DNA from: Hypanus sabinus
Lineage: Eukaryota
Assembly (NCBI RefSeq): GCF_030144855.1
Contig: NC_082722.1
Coordinates: 12,090,001-12,154,000, forward strand
DNA: 64,000 bases
Direction of reading: 5' to 3'
Shown: piece by piece, positions 63,085 to 64,000 of the stretch
Numbering within the stretch: the first letter of the stretch is position 1
Layout: the number at the start of each line of letters is the position of its first letter
Position numbers and translations under genes: made by a program
Notes under the pieces: generated by a model
Told to the model about the DNA's origin: nothing
Seen by the model: only the letters and a program-made list of their open reading frames with translations
Database searches by the model: none

Positions 63085-64000
63085 CGTTGATGGCAAGACA
63101 CAGACACTGAAGTACTGGGAACTGTACTGGACTAGAGTTAAGGACGGGACTGGACACAGACTAGGAGCTGGGACAGGAACACAGATTTGGGATAGGACTT
63201 TGGCTAGAAAAGCGGGACCAGGACTGGAACTGGGAACTCGGAGACTGGGCTTGGACTCCGAGACAGAGACTGGACAAGAACCCAGAACCTGGGTCTTGAC
63301 TCGGGCTCGGACCCCGGAACTAGGCGAGGACAGGGTTCTTCGAGGCTCGGGTCGGTTAGGCCCTTGAGTACGGAGCCAGGACTCCTCCTTAGAGCACAGG
63401 GCCGGGATGCTTTCGCAGGGCCGGGCCCCTCCCTTGGACGCCGGGTTCGAATACTTACTAGGATGTGGGATGACTGCCGAGGTAAACCACCAAGGAAACT
63501 GTCAGGGATTCAGATGGAGAGGGGAAGGAAACAGGCCATCCTCAGGGTAGCATCAAGGACGGCCTGACTGAGCCAACGGAGGCGAGGATGGCAAGGGACA
63601 GGCCCAACAGCAGGGTAACGGCAAAGACGGCCTGACTTACCCCACGGAGGCAAGGACGGAAAGGGACAGGTGCAACAGCAGGGTAATGGCAAAGACGGCC
63701 TGAATTATCCCACGGAGGCTAGGACAGGAAGGGAGCTAAATCCGGGGTGGGGCCAAGTCTCGGAGCGGCCAGTAACCTTTGCTGCCCAAGAAACAGTCGA
63801 ATCCGTATCTAGCTTGGAGTGGCAGCTGGCCGTGGAAACTGCCGTATCCATACCACGATAACTGCTCCGACTAGAGACAACCAAGCTCCATGAAGTGGTG
63901 GACCTCCGACCAGGCCTAGAGATCATGAATGACTGCTCTAGCCTTCCACCAGCGGGTTGCTCCAAGAGGATACTGATGAGACAAACCAGCAGCTACACTC
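63085..64000. repeat. Unclassified interspersed repeat, possibly LTR-derived, with low-complexity GGAC-rich units; an inverted copy lies at about 30620-30960
   Basis: The reverse complement of 30771-30900 matches about 63200-63325 closely. Confidence 0.6.

Noticed and set aside
1-64000. CRISPR arrays, tRNA/rRNA genes, prokaryotic operons or defence systems
   Set aside because: None seen; the sequence is intron-containing vertebrate DNA.

Overview
Eukaryotic vertebrate genomic DNA, rich in repeats. The CR1, Penelope, Rex1/Babar and L1-Tx1 content suggests a cartilaginous fish, probably a ray or skate; this is an inference. Most ORFs in the supplied track are decayed retroelement fragments. 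Manual splice-site reading reveals two tandem multi-exon Ig-superfamily receptor genes on the + strand, plus a relic of a third. Both genes share the layout leader / single-exon germline VJ-type V domain / C1-set domain / TM / tail. Gene A (19401-24059) has an Arg at the outer end of its TM and a short tyrosine-free tail ending just before an AATAAA, so it looks activating. Gene B (51441-60440) has an uncharged TM and a tail with four tyrosine motifs (ANYAAL, LSYATL, TEYAEL, VVYSKV), so it looks inhibitory. Their V and C1 exons are about 97-99% identical while their TM exons are only about 74% identical, pointing to gene conversion confined to the ectodomain. Together they look like a paired activating/inhibitory VJ-C1 receptor system of SIRP/NKp30-like character. 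The genes lie in an old ~14 kb tandem duplicon (about 11.0-24.3 kb versus 44.9-59.9 kb). The spacer holds a Gmr1-like Gypsy element and a pseudo-C1 exon. A Harbinger-type MITE is nested in a CR1 at 4.6-5.4 kb. All exon models and identity counts were read by eye; no expression data or database searches support them.
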